DNA of 64,000 nt from an uncultured Bacteroidota bacterium (GTDB lineage: Bacteria > Bacteroidota > Bacteroidia > Bacteroidales > JAAUTT01): assembly GCA_963846585.1 (NCBI GenBank), contig CAWJWO010000002.1, positions 199,592 to 263,591 on the forward strand, read 5' to 3'. Position numbers and translations under genes: made by a program. Below the pieces are notes generated by a model. The model was not told where the DNA came from. It did not search any database and saw nothing but the letters and a program-made list of their open reading frames with translations. Each line of letters opens with the position of its first letter. Within the stretch, counting starts at the first letter, position 1. Shown in pieces: positions 40,430-50,217 of the stretch.

Positions 40430-40810
40430 ATGGGTAAAATTTTAATCGTTGAGGATAACGATGAGAATTATTCATTGATAGTAGAAATATTAGCCGATTA
40501 TAATATTACTTTAGTAAGGGCCGCCGATGGTGAAGAATTCTTTTCTGTCATATCAGAATCAGTACAATTTGATTTGATTCTCATGGATTTAATGCTCCCA
40601 GATACTGACGGAATTATTTTAACTAAATACATTATAAACAAAAATATAAAAATTCCAATTGTTTTTATAAGTGCTTATACAGAACGTTGTGAGGAAATAT
40701 TTGATCTTGGTGTTGAATATTTTATTAATAAACCGATTATAATACAGCTGTTCCTGAGCATCGTCGGTAGGTTTGTAATTTTGAAAGATAAATTAATTGC
40801 TTCCAATTAA
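40430..40810 (+). CDS. Stand-alone response-regulator receiver protein.
   Basis: ILIVEDNDEN ... LILMDLMLPDTDG ... receiver pattern. Confidence 0.8.
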   Translation: MGKILIVEDNDENYSLIVEILADYNITLVRAADGEEFFSVISESVQFDLILMDLMLPDTDGIILTKYIINKNIKIPIVFISAYTERCEEIFDLGVEYFINKPIIIQLFLSIVGRFVILKDKLIASN

Positions 40811-41997
40811 TTCATAAATTTCACACAGGCAGGACTTTGAACCCCAACTTGAATTCCAACTTTAGTTAATTTACCTGTTTTATTATCTATGGAAAATATT
40901 GTCAGGTTATCTGATTTCTGGTTTCCAACCACCAGAAATTTACCTGCCGGATCTATGGCAAAATTACGTGGTACCATACCCCCACTGGGGACTTTTTCAA
41001 CCATATTCAGGAAACCTGTTTTTAAATCTATCGAAAATACTGTAATAGTGTTTTCAGGATCACGTTCAGCTGCATAAAGAAACTTACCTGAACGGCCAAT
41101 ATGAATATCTGAAGCTGTAGCCCCGGATTTTATATCATTGATTACCTGCAAAGTTTGCATTATCTCTAACTTTCCTGACGACTTATTAATTAAATAACCT
41201 TCAACCGTTCCACTTAATTCATTAAGAAGGTACATCCATTTTTTATTGGGATGAAAAGTCAGATGTCTTGGTCCTGAACCTGGTTTAATTGATGTTTTTG
41301 AAATGGATGTCAACTTTCCGTTAATTGTATCCAGTTTATAACCGTAAACAAAATCAGTCCCGAGGTCGGCTGAAAAAAACAGGTTACCTTCCGGGGCTGG
41401 AACAATACAATGTGCGTGTGGCCCTGCTTGCCTTTTATCATTTATGCTTTTCCCTGTATCTTGTATGGTTGAAGCAATATTTCCCAACGACCCGTCAATT
41501 TTGATCGGTAACGAAACTACCGATCCACTTTGGTAATGTGATGCCAATATATATTTACCCGAATTGTCAATGCTCAGATAACATGGGTTTTTCCCTTTTG
41601 TATAAATGGTGTTGATAAGTTCTATTGTTGCAGAATCTATTATCCGGTATGCACTAACTGCACCTTCACCCGTTTCACTTACCGAAAACAGCCATTTTTT
41701 ATTTGGGTGAACGGCTAAATATGAAGGGTTGGTTGTATCAGGAAACAATCCCATAAATTTCAATGACCCTGTAACAGAATTCATTGAATAGATATATATC
41801 CCTTTACCAGCTGGAGTGTAGGAACCAACATATAATAATAACTTTCTTACCGGAATGGTATTTAAAAGTTGTTTATTAATAATATTACTTTCCGATCTAT
41901 TATAATTCATCCCTGCACTTATTATTAATATACCTATGAAAAAAGCCAGGATAATTATTCCAGTTGTTTTTGAATATTTATTTTTCATAATCATCAA
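40807..41997 (-). CDS. Lactonase family 7-bladed beta-propeller protein (6-phosphogluconolactonase-like).
   Basis: LYVGSYT...GIYIY N-terminus and repeated propeller blades typical of the family. Confidence 0.65.
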   Translation of the reverse strand: MMIMKNKYSKTTGIIILAFFIGILIISAGMNYNRSESNIINKQLLNTIPVRKLLLYVGSYTPAGKGIYIYSMNSVTGSLKFMGLFPDTTNPSYLAVHPNKKWLFSVSETGEGAVSAYRIIDSATIELINTIYTKGKNPCYLSIDNSGKYILASHYQSGSVVSLPIKIDGSLGNIASTIQDTGKSINDKRQAGPHAHCIVPAPEGNLFFSADLGTDFVYGYKLDTINGKLTSISKTSIKPGSGPRHLTFHPNKKWMYLLNELSGTVEGYLINKSSGKLEIMQTLQVINDIKSGATASDIHIGRSGKFLYAAERDPENTITVFSIDLKTGFLNMVEKVPSGGMVPRNFAIDPAGKFLVVGNQKSDNLTIFSIDNKTGKLTKVGIQVGVQSPACVKFMN

Positions 41998-42019
41998 ATA
42001 TTATAATTTATATCACAAT

Positions 42020-42784
42020 TTAGTTATTTTCTGTGGCAGTCCACATAATAGCCCCCTTAAGATGCTTTTTAAAAACCGGATCTGAATATTTTTGAGCTGA
42101 ATGACCGAACCCGGTTTGAAAAACCCTTCCTTTCCCCATTCTCCTGAACCACACTATAGGGTGATCGCCCATCCTTTGCACTACTCCTTTGAACCAGCGG
42201 TTGTCGTCCACATCGTACGAATTTTCATCAAGCCGGGCCAAAACATGAACATTTTTCCGCGGATCAGGTGCAAAACTATACCATTCATCTTCAGTTTCCC
42301 AGATTGAATCCCTGAAGCATTGCATAGCAGGATTTTCCTGATCTTCTATAATTACTTTAGCTTTTTGTAAAGGAGGATGTCCAATAAACCTGGTTCCAAT
42401 AGCCTTATGGTACCATTTCCAGTCAGGTTCGGCATAAGCACCGGTATGGATAGCCAACAAACCTTTTCCTGATTCAACAAACTGTTCAACAGCCTTTTGT
42501 TCATTATTGTTTAATACATGGCCCCCAACCGAAAGAAAAATGATAAGACCAAATTGTTTTAAATTTTCAGGGCTAAATGCAGTGGAATCCTCAGTTACTA
42601 CTATTTCCCAGCCATTTCCTGCACCCAGTTCATTTAATGTAGTAATGCCTGCCGGAACCGACTCATGTATGTACCCGTTACTTTTCGAAAATACAATTAT
42701 TTTTAAATGATTGGCATTCATTTTAATCGATTGACTATGAGCAATTGATCCAAATAATAAAATTAATATCAAAAAGTACTTCAT
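42020..42784 (-). CDS. ThuA domain protein.
   Basis: IIVFSKSNGYIHESVPAG ... LLAIHTGAYAEPDWKWY ... FIGHPPLQKA match the ThuA pattern. Confidence 0.7.
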   Translation of the reverse strand: MKYFLILILLFGSIAHSQSIKMNANHLKIIVFSKSNGYIHESVPAGITTLNELGAGNGWEIVVTEDSTAFSPENLKQFGLIIFLSVGGHVLNNNEQKAVEQFVESGKGLLAIHTGAYAEPDWKWYHKAIGTRFIGHPPLQKAKVIIEDQENPAMQCFRDSIWETEDEWYSFAPDPRKNVHVLARLDENSYDVDDNRWFKGVVQRMGDHPIVWFRRMGKGRVFQTGFGHSAQKYSDPVFKKHLKGAIMWTATENN

Positions 42785-42809
42785 ATTTAAATTTTAATAT
42801 TTAAAAGTA

Positions 42810-43454
42810 TTATTTTTTTAATAGTTTAAAGGCATGCACCCATTCATTAGTTAATAATCCCGGTATACACCACAACATACATAAAGGTTCTATTGCCCTG
42901 GCTGATTCAACTCCACCAAAATCAGCAGTTTCCCAGCCAAAAGCTTCCAGAATCCCCGACACTTCTTTTTTTGCTTCTTTATTATTACCACAAATAAACA
43001 TTGTTGGCTTACTTTCAAAAACAGGATTAACCATAAAAGCGTTGCCAACGCTGTTAAATGCCTTAACAAAATTTGCCTTGGGTACAGTTTTCTGTAATTC
43101 TTCCATCAATGATTTTTCCAGGGTAGTAAAATATTTCAAAACACCATTTTCAGGCGCTTTATCAGCTATAGGATTGGTAGTATCAATAATAGTTTTATTA
43201 TTTAAATTATCATATCCTGCCTGTTCAAGTACATTTTTAACTACTGTACCTTTAACTGCCAATACTATTATTTCACCATATTTGGCAGTTTCTGATACCG
43301 TACCAATCTGTGCATTAACTCCTGATCCTTTTTGCCAGCCTGCCAGTTTTGATTTATCCCTCGTACCAAGCATAACCTGGTAACCATGTTTTACAAACCC
43401 ACTCCCCAAGGTTTGAGCAACAATCCCTGATCCGATAATTCCAATTTTTTTCAT
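42810..43454 (-). CDS. NADP(H) oxidoreductase, F420-dependent NADP reductase-like.
   Basis: MKKIGIIGSGIVAQTLG Rossmann N-terminus; ~214 aa. Confidence 0.6.
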   Translation of the reverse strand: MKKIGIIGSGIVAQTLGSGFVKHGYQVMLGTRDKSKLAGWQKGSGVNAQIGTVSETAKYGEIIVLAVKGTVVKNVLEQAGYDNLNNKTIIDTTNPIADKAPENGVLKYFTTLEKSLMEELQKTVPKANFVKAFNSVGNAFMVNPVFESKPTMFICGNNKEAKKEVSGILEAFGWETADFGGVESARAIEPLCMLWCIPGLLTNEWVHAFKLLKK

Positions 43455-43610
43455 TCTGTTTTATTTATATGTATTAATGATCTTTTTGAATAATTAACAA
43501 ATTTCTTATAAATGAGTTTTATCATTCCTTTAAAAAACTATCATATTAGTTTCTTAATGTCACAAATTAATATTTTTAAATTTGAGGAATAATTAACTAA
43601 TATCCGGTAT

Positions 43611-44237
43611 ATGATAGAAATAATAATAGGCAGCATAATTATTAGTACCTTACATGTAATAATACCTAATCACTGGATTCCCATTGTAGTAATTGCCAAA
43701 GCGGAAAAATGGACCTGGCACCAAACATTTTTTGCAACCGTTTTTTCAGGTTTTGCTCATACTTCCAGTACTATATTTCTTGGTACAATGGTTGGCTTTA
43801 CAGGCTATAAATTATCCGAACGGTATTCATTTATTTCACATCAGTTAGCTCCTCTTATCCTGGTTGTTCTGGGCATCATCTTTATCGTATTGGATAGACG
43901 GAAAAGTCATAAACATTCACACCAGCATCTTGATTTGGATGTAAAGAACAAATCATACAGGGCAATTTTGTTTTCATTAAGTCTATCATTATTCCTCACA
44001 CCCTGCGTAGAAATTGAAGCTTATTATTTTAAAGCAGGTTCAACCGGATGGCCGGGAATAATTGCCGTATCAGTTATTTATATGATTTTTACCATTTTAT
44101 CAATGACAATTCTTGTTTATGCAGGCATAATTGGGGTAAAAAAGATACGATCCCATTATCTGGAACATCATGAAAAATTAATCACTGGCCTTGTTTTGGT
44201 TATCCTGGGAGTTATTTCGCTTTTAATTCAGTTTTAA
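43611..44237 (+). CDS. Membrane protein with a His-rich loop, putative divalent-metal transporter (NicO/RcnA-like).
   Basis: HVIIPNHW motif, cytoplasmic loop RRKSHKHSHQH, 6 predicted TM helices. Confidence 0.35.
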   Translation: MIEIIIGSIIISTLHVIIPNHWIPIVVIAKAEKWTWHQTFFATVFSGFAHTSSTIFLGTMVGFTGYKLSERYSFISHQLAPLILVVLGIIFIVLDRRKSHKHSHQHLDLDVKNKSYRAILFSLSLSLFLTPCVEIEAYYFKAGSTGWPGIIAVSVIYMIFTILSMTILVYAGIIGVKKIRSHYLEHHEKLITGLVLVILGVISLLIQF

Positions 44238-44238
44238 A

Positions 44239-44784
44239 ATGAAAACATACATAGCTATATTACGTGGAATTAATGTTAGCGGGCACAACATAATAAAAAT
44301 GGATGAACTAAAGACTAGTCTCCATAGTTTGAATCTTATAAATATTGAAACTTACATTCAAAGTGGAAATATAGTATTTGACTATGATAATACTAATCAG
44401 GATAAATTAATCTTTATGCTTGAAAATAATATCAGGCAAACTTTTGGTATTGACGTAACTTTAATTATCCGAAGTGCTGAACAGATGACTAAAATATTTA
44501 AAAATAACCCATTTATTAACACCAGGAATGAAGATGTTAATAAACTTCATGTTACTTTTTTTTCAAAATCTCCGGATCAGGAAGTTCTTATGAACATATT
44601 AAATAATACATTTTTACCGGATGAATTTATCGTAAATGATGATATAGCCTATCTTTTTTGTCCAAATGGATATGGAAACACTAAAATTAACAACAGCTTT
44701 TTCGAAAAAAAACTTAAGGTATCAGCAACTACAAGGAATTGGAAAACTGTAAGTCAATTGATGCTGATGGCACAAAACCGTTAA
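44239..44784 (+). CDS. DUF1697 family protein.
   Basis: MKTYIAILRGINVSGHN N-terminus characteristic of DUF1697. Confidence 0.7.
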   Translation: MKTYIAILRGINVSGHNIIKMDELKTSLHSLNLINIETYIQSGNIVFDYDNTNQDKLIFMLENNIRQTFGIDVTLIIRSAEQMTKIFKNNPFINTRNEDVNKLHVTFFSKSPDQEVLMNILNNTFLPDEFIVNDDIAYLFCPNGYGNTKINNSFFEKKLKVSATTRNWKTVSQLMLMAQNR

Positions 44785-44811
44785 AAATGAAATAATTTAA
44801 TTAATTATGGC

Positions 44812-45669
44812 TCAAAATTTGTTAGTTAATGAGTAACTTTTCGATGTCTCTGATTCATATACCAAAACAATAATTATACTAAGTATAATACCTAAAATAA
44901 CAAATGATTGTATTCCTATTCTCCATTCAAAATAATACCAACAAGAAGCTCCGGCAAAATGGATTAGAATAAAACAAAAAATTAAAATTAAAGCCATCCG
45001 TTTTGGAATAAAAAACACAAGTAAAAATAGTATGCCCGAATAAACCAAATCATATAGTACAAAGTAATACCAACCTATATTTAAAAAAAAACGAGATATT
45101 TGATTACCTTCATGTACTGTATCAGGATGAATCCAATAGCTATCAGGCTGCCCAATTAATGTATTTGCACAATCTAAAAAAATTAATCCAATCATTACCA
45201 AACCCAATTTTATTAAGATTTTATTTGTACTAATGTTTATTTTTGTGAATAAATTGAATACAATAAAAGGTGAAAGTACTATTGCAAATAAAGGAACCGC
45301 GATCATCCCAAGATGCCATCTTATAGCTATCCAATTGGTTACAACAAAAAAATATCCAAAAATAAATGAAAATATTGTAATCAAAGCTAAACGTTTAGGT
45401 AATAGAGATACCAACAAAAATACCACTGTCAGGTAAACTACACATGTTACAATGTATGTAAACCAACCATAACCTATGAAAAAATCGAATGCGTGATTTG
45501 TTGGATTGTAAATTGATAATCCATCTGCGCGAATAGCGGTTTCAGGATTGTGCCAATACTTAGTACTTTGTCCGATAAGTGTATTTATAAAACAGCAGAC
45601 AATGGTACCGACCAAAATCCATCTCATCCTGTTAACGATATTGTCTTTGGGAAATTTCAACTGTACCAT
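44812..45669 (-). CDS. Polytopic membrane protein with an internal two-fold duplication.
   Basis: The halves align: NTLIGQSTKYWHNPETA...LPKRLALITIFSF vs NTLIGQPDSYWIHPDTV...IPKRMALILIFCF. Confidence 0.55.
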   Translation of the reverse strand: MVQLKFPKDNIVNRMRWILVGTIVCCFINTLIGQSTKYWHNPETAIRADGLSIYNPTNHAFDFFIGYGWFTYIVTCVVYLTVVFLLVSLLPKRLALITIFSFIFGYFFVVTNWIAIRWHLGMIAVPLFAIVLSPFIVFNLFTKINISTNKILIKLGLVMIGLIFLDCANTLIGQPDSYWIHPDTVHEGNQISRFFLNIGWYYFVLYDLVYSGILFLLVFFIPKRMALILIFCFILIHFAGASCWYYFEWRIGIQSFVILGIILSIIIVLVYESETSKSYSLTNKF

Positions 45670-45864
45670 AGTAAAAATTATAATAAAATTTTATTAGCTT
45701 ACCTAAAACATATTAAATATGAAAATGTTTATACAGATTATCCGTAAAGGTTTTAGGTTCCTTTTTTTTTGATATTTCTGTGTCTGTAGCGTCACTATCC
45801 GGTAATATTCATGGGTGGAGATGGTTATAACCATTCGATAATGTAGATTGCTGAAGGATCATGT

Positions 45865-45980
45865 TTACATTTTTCCATTTAAAACAATTACTACATTTCC
45901 CTTTTTGTGACCTTTGTCAACATACCTATGAGCCTCAATAATCTGTCTTGTAATATCCTCATATTTTATTTCCTCTATTT
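45865..45980 (-). pseudogene. C-terminal remnant (~38 codons) of an MDR-type (zinc-ADH/quinone oxidoreductase-like) gene.
   Basis: Minus-strand translation [38 protein letters not shown] resembles the C-terminus of MDR oxidoreductases. The frame is cut off at the start of the repeat array. Confidence 0.45.
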
Positions 45981-45985
45981 TTTAA

Positions 45986-46850
45986 TCACATCATCCAAAA
46001 AATCACACAAATCCCAGTTCAGACATTTATTGTGAGATCAAAATGCTATAAACCCGAAAGGATTTTGATTTGTTTTCTTTTTCCGGAAAATATATCAAAA
46101 TCCTTTCTCGAAAATGAGAAAAAGCGTTTAAGGTTTAAACAGTGGAGCATAACAAGGTTGCGGCATTGGTGAGGTACGAGACAGTGCGGTACCGAAGTGG
46201 AGTGGAATTAAATAAACACTAAATGGCTTTAATTCCTATATTGTCTGAACTGTGATTTTTGGGATTAAAGGATATTGGGATTTTTAGTCACGTAATCTTA
46301 AAATTCACACAAATCCCAGTTCAGACATATATTGTGAGATCAAAATGCCATAAACCTAAAGGGATTTTGAATTGTTTTCTTTTTCCGGAAAATATTTCAA
46401 AATTTTTTCTCGAAAAAGAGAAAAAGCGTTTAAGGTTTAAACAGTGGAGCATAACAAGGTTGCGGCACTGACGAGGTAAGAGACGGTGACGTACCGAAGT
46501 GTAGTTGAATGAAATAAACACTAAATGGCTTTAATTCCTATAAATTGTCTGAACTGGGATTTTTGGGATTAAAGGATTTTGGGATTTTTTATCACATAAT
46601 CCAAAAAATCACACAAATCCCAGTTCAGACATTTATTGTGAGATCAAAATGCCATAAACCCGAAAGGATTTTGATTTGTTTTCTTTTTCCGGAAAATATA
46701 TCAAAATTCTTTCTCGAAAATGAGAAAAAGCGTTTAAGGTTTAAACAGTGGAGCATAACAAGGTTGCGGCACTGACGAGGTAAGAGACGGTGACGTACCG
46801 AAGTGTAGTTGAATGAAATAAACACTAAATGGCTTTAATTTCTATTAAAT
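45986..46850. repeat. Tandem array of three ~303-bp units, each with a 16-bp perfect inverted repeat (gtctgaactgggattt / aaatcccagttcagac).
   Basis: The anchor 'aaatcccagttcagac' occurs at 46009, 46311 and 46615. The partner arm occurs at 46243 (1 mismatch) and 46547. The first unit begins in mid-hairpin and the last unit lacks the distal arm. Confidence 0.9.
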
Positions 46851-47122
46851 AAAGGGTTTATACCGTTGAGAGGAGGGATGGAATATTTGCACTCAATCCA
46901 TAAGGTGATATTTGATTTTCTTTTACATTTATATTAAATTACTAAATTTAGGTTGGATGTTTTATTAAAATTATTTATATGATAAAAATCTTATTATTAA
47001 TCTTATGAATATAAAGAAATTTAGTCTTAGTGATTAAATTATTATAACTTTAGCTTTTTTGTGCGTAGGACATAAATAGCCAAATTGTATAAGTTTGATT
47101 TTGCATATAGCAAACTAAATGA

Positions 47123-48415
47123 TTGTTAATGTCTGCAGTAGTAGGTATTTTAAACAAACAAGCAATTGTCATGGCAGCTGATAGTGTTGTGACAGTTGGT
47201 GGTGTTAATCATAAAATTTTCAATAAGGCAAACAAAGTATTTACTTTATCCAAACAGCACCCTGTTGATATAATGCTTTACAATTCTGCAGAATTTATGT
47301 CTACGCCATGAGAAACAATTATTAAAATTTATCGCAAACAACTTGATAATAAATCATTCCCAACTATAAAGGAATATCAACAAAATTTTATTGAATTTCT
47401 TCATTTAAAAAATTTCTATTCAGACATAACTCTACAAAACGTATTTTTAGAAACTTTTATATCGAATATCATCGCGATGATATCTAAAAACATTAAAGAC
47501 AACCACAGTGATTTGTTCAAAGATGTCACACCTGATAAAATAAATGAATTTTTACGCTATTTTGAAGAAGCACTTGACAGGTCTGTACAAACTTTTAACT
47601 ATTATCCGATTTGTGATGAATTTGTAGATTATTCTTTTGAAATGTTTGATTCTTATGCTTACCAAATATTCAATAATGTTAACCAACATAGTTTTGTTGC
47701 AAACGAAATCATATTATCCTATGAGTTGTTTTTAAAACTAAAACAAGTTATTTATGCTATTTTGAGAACTAAAAATGAAATTCCTAACTATACTGGACTT
47801 ATTTTTACAGGTTTTGGAGAAGACGAAATTTATCCACAATTAATTCCAGTTAATATTTCAATGGTAATTGATAACAGATTAAGATATTACTTAGATGAAA
47901 ACAGTAGTGCAAGTATTTCGAATAATGACAACGCTGCTGTTCGTCCTTTTGCGCAAACAGATGTTATTGACACAATACTGTCAGGTGTTGACCCTCATTT
48001 AGATGGGCTTTATTTAAACAATTTAGATGCGGTTTTTAAAAAATATAATCAAACAATTTTAGCTTTAATAGGTAATTCAAACCCACTCCTTTCAACACAA
48101 ATACAAAACCTTGATATGGGTCCAATTGTTACAGAATTTAATAATATGAACGCACAAATTAAAAGAGAGAAGTATATTGGTCCTTTAATGTCAGCTGTAA
48201 GTAACTTATCTAAAGAAGATTTAGCTGAAATGGCTGAAAGTCTGATTTATTTGACATATTTAAAAAGAAGAATCACTAACGCAAAAGAGAGCGTTGGTGG
48301 CCCAGTAGATGTGGCAATTATCTCAAAAGGTGATGGGTTTATATGGATAAAACGAAAACATTACTTTAAACCTGAACTAAATCAACATTTTTTTAGCAAC
48401 TATTTTAAAAAATAA
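47123..48415 (+). pseudogene. 430-codon ORF interrupted by one in-frame TGA (47309-47311). Proteasome-beta/HslV-like Ntn-hydrolase signature split by a large insertion.
   Basis: ORFs 47123-47311 and 47477-48415 are in the same frame, and 47312-47476 is open (ETIIKIYRKQLDNKSF...). N-terminus (M)SAVVGILNKQAIVMAADSVVTVGG...NKVFTL and C-terminus SVGGPVDVAIISKGDGF resemble Ntn (T1-like) segments. Confidence 0.5.
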
Positions 48416-48419
48416 AATT

Positions 48420-48632
48420 ATGGACATATTATTTTTTGATAAAAATTTTCCTGAAACTGTTAACTCAAGCATTGATATATTATCTGCATTTAAACAAAAA
48501 TCGAAAAAGTCTTTAATTATTAATCAAAACATGTCTGATAAAGACATTTCAGAAGTTGTTTCTGAAAAAATAATTAACATAGTAAAGGAGCAATTTCAAG
48601 TTACTGAAGAAAATTTTCGACAACAAAGCTAA
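48420..48632 (+). CDS. Small hypothetical protein (70 aa), apparently in an operon with the Ntn-like gene.
   Basis: The start lies 4 nt after the upstream stop. No recognisable motif. Confidence 0.35.
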   Translation: MDILFFDKNFPETVNSSIDILSAFKQKSKKSLIINQNMSDKDISEVVSEKIINIVKEQFQVTEENFRQQS

Positions 48633-48726
48633 AAGATTATAAAAATAATCACAAGCACCCAACTATTTAAATTATCGGTTGCTTACAATGCTCGTTCAAT
48701 TTGAAAATTTTAAAATTAAAAGTTAA

Positions 48727-50217
48727 TTAATCTCTTGAGCTTAATTTTATCATAATTTCCCGAAAACTAGCTAATCCTGCCTCCAAGTTTTCAATGATAT
48801 CGGCAGCTATGACATCCGGATCAGGGAGATTGTCAAGATCGGCCAAGGATTTATCCTTAAGCCAGGTAATATCTAAACTGGTTTTATCACGACTGATAAT
48901 TTCTTCATAGCTGAATTTTCTCCAACGACCTTCCGGATTACTATCAGCATTAAAGGTTTCTTTACGCTGATGACGGTTTGGTGCATTATAGCAGCCGATG
49001 AAATCCTTAAGATCATCCAGCTTTAAAGGATTTTTCTTTAATGTATGATGAATATTGGTTCTGTAATCATAAATCCAAATTTCTTTTGTCCAGGGAACTT
49101 TACTTGCCGGTTTATTATCAAAAAAAATCACATTTGCTTTAACTCCCAGAGCATAAAATATTCCTGTTGGCAAACGTAAAATTGTGTGTAAGTCAGTAGT
49201 CTCTATTAGTTTTTTCCGGACTGTTTCACCCGCTCCTCCTTCAAATAATACATTATCCGGAACTACAACGGCGGCAAAACCGGTTGTTTTTAACATCGAC
49301 CGGATATGTTGAACAAAGTTTAACTGTTTGTTGCTGGTAGTAGCCCAAAAATCCTGCCTATTGTATGTTAAATCGTCTTTTTCAAGTTCTCCTTCCTCGT
49401 TGGTGAATGTCTGGCTGCTTTTTTTTCCAAAAGGCGGATTGGCCAGAACATAATCATAAGTGACGGAAGAGGCTGCAATTAAAGCATCAGCCGGAGATAT
49501 AAAATTATCGCTTTCTATGTCACCTATATTATGTAAAAAGAGGTTCATCAGTGCCAAACGTCTTGTACCGGCTACAATTTCATTGCCATAAAATGTTTTA
49601 AGTTTGATAAACTGGTTTTGTTCTTTATCCAATTTATTATTTGTAACGAGGTAATCATATGATGCCAGGAAGAAACCTCCTGTTCCACAGGCAGGATCAG
49701 CAATTGTTTTCATTGGTTGTGGCTGAACACATTCAACCATGGCACGAATTAAAGCTCTTGGTGTAAAGTATTGCCCGGCTCCGCTTTTTACGTCTTCTGC
49801 ATTTTTTTCCAACAATCCTTCATAAATATCACCCTTAACATCAGCCCCCATCACCAACCAATTTTCGCTTCCGATCATGTCGATTACCTTAGCCAACATC
49901 GCAGGGTCTTGAATTTTATTCTGGCTCTTGGTAAATATTTGTCCTAAAATACCTTTTTGAGTGCTTAACTCACGAAGTAATGTCGCATAATATAGTTCTA
50001 ATTCTGCTCCTTTTTTGGAGATCAAACTTTCCCAATTGAAAGCTTTTGGAATATTTAACTGACGGTTATATGGTGGTTTACTATATTCATCGGCCATTTT
50101 TAAAAACAATAGGTATGTGAGTTGTTCCAAATAATCCCCATAACCTACTCCAACGTCTCGGAGGGGATTACAAAATGACCAAACTTTGCTTACTATGCTG
50201 GAAGTGTTGTTGCTCAT
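48727..50217 (-). CDS. hsdM: Type I restriction-modification system, methyltransferase subunit HsdM.
   Basis: DPACGTGGF (motif I) and NPPFG (motif IV). I prefer the start at the second Met (MSNNTSSIVSKVW, 50217), which forms an ATGA overlap with the upstream gene's restored frame. The ORF track starts at 50250. Confidence 0.9.
   Translation of the reverse strand: MSNNTSSIVSKVWSFCNPLRDVGVGYGDYLEQLTYLLFLKMADEYSKPPYNRQLNIPKAFNWESLISKKGAELELYYATLLRELSTQKGILGQIFTKSQNKIQDPAMLAKVIDMIGSENWLVMGADVKGDIYEGLLEKNAEDVKSGAGQYFTPRALIRAMVECVQPQPMKTIADPACGTGGFFLASYDYLVTNNKLDKEQNQFIKLKTFYGNEIVAGTRRLALMNLFLHNIGDIESDNFISPADALIAASSVTYDYVLANPPFGKKSSQTFTNEEGELEKDDLTYNRQDFWATTSNKQLNFVQHIRSMLKTTGFAAVVVPDNVLFEGGAGETVRKKLIETTDLHTILRLPTGIFYALGVKANVIFFDNKPASKVPWTKEIWIYDYRTNIHHTLKKNPLKLDDLKDFIGCYNAPNRHQRKETFNADSNPEGRWRKFSYEEIISRDKTSLDITWLKDKSLADLDNLPDPDVIAADIIENLEAGLASFREIMIKLSSRD

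Noticed and set aside
46259-46825. 66-76-aa ORFs on both strands inside the 303-bp repeat units.
   Set aside because: They span the hairpin arms and low-complexity gggattt repeats. The ORFs differ in start and extent between units, and nothing protein-like is recognisable. They are treated as artefacts of a non-coding repeat.
45986-46850. CRISPR-array interpretation of the hairpin-containing repeats.
   Set aside because: The ~220-bp segments between the hairpins are conserved copies of each other, not unique spacers. The period (~303 bp) is far too long, and there are no cas genes in the window.
46868-46890. Possible att-like partial copy of the tRNA-Ser 3' end marking the distal island border.
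   Set aside because: The similarity is patchy (gagag / agggat / gaa blocks with indels), and no integrase is present. This is too weak to call.
47309-47311. Alternative genetic code (TGA = Trp/Gly) as the explanation for the in-frame TGA.
   Set aside because: TGA terminates well-supported genes at sensible lengths here (e.g. 6806-8110 and 9089-12211, and the restored gene Y in its ATGA overlap with hsdM). The other two interrupted genes use TAA and TAG. A point mutation is therefore more likely.
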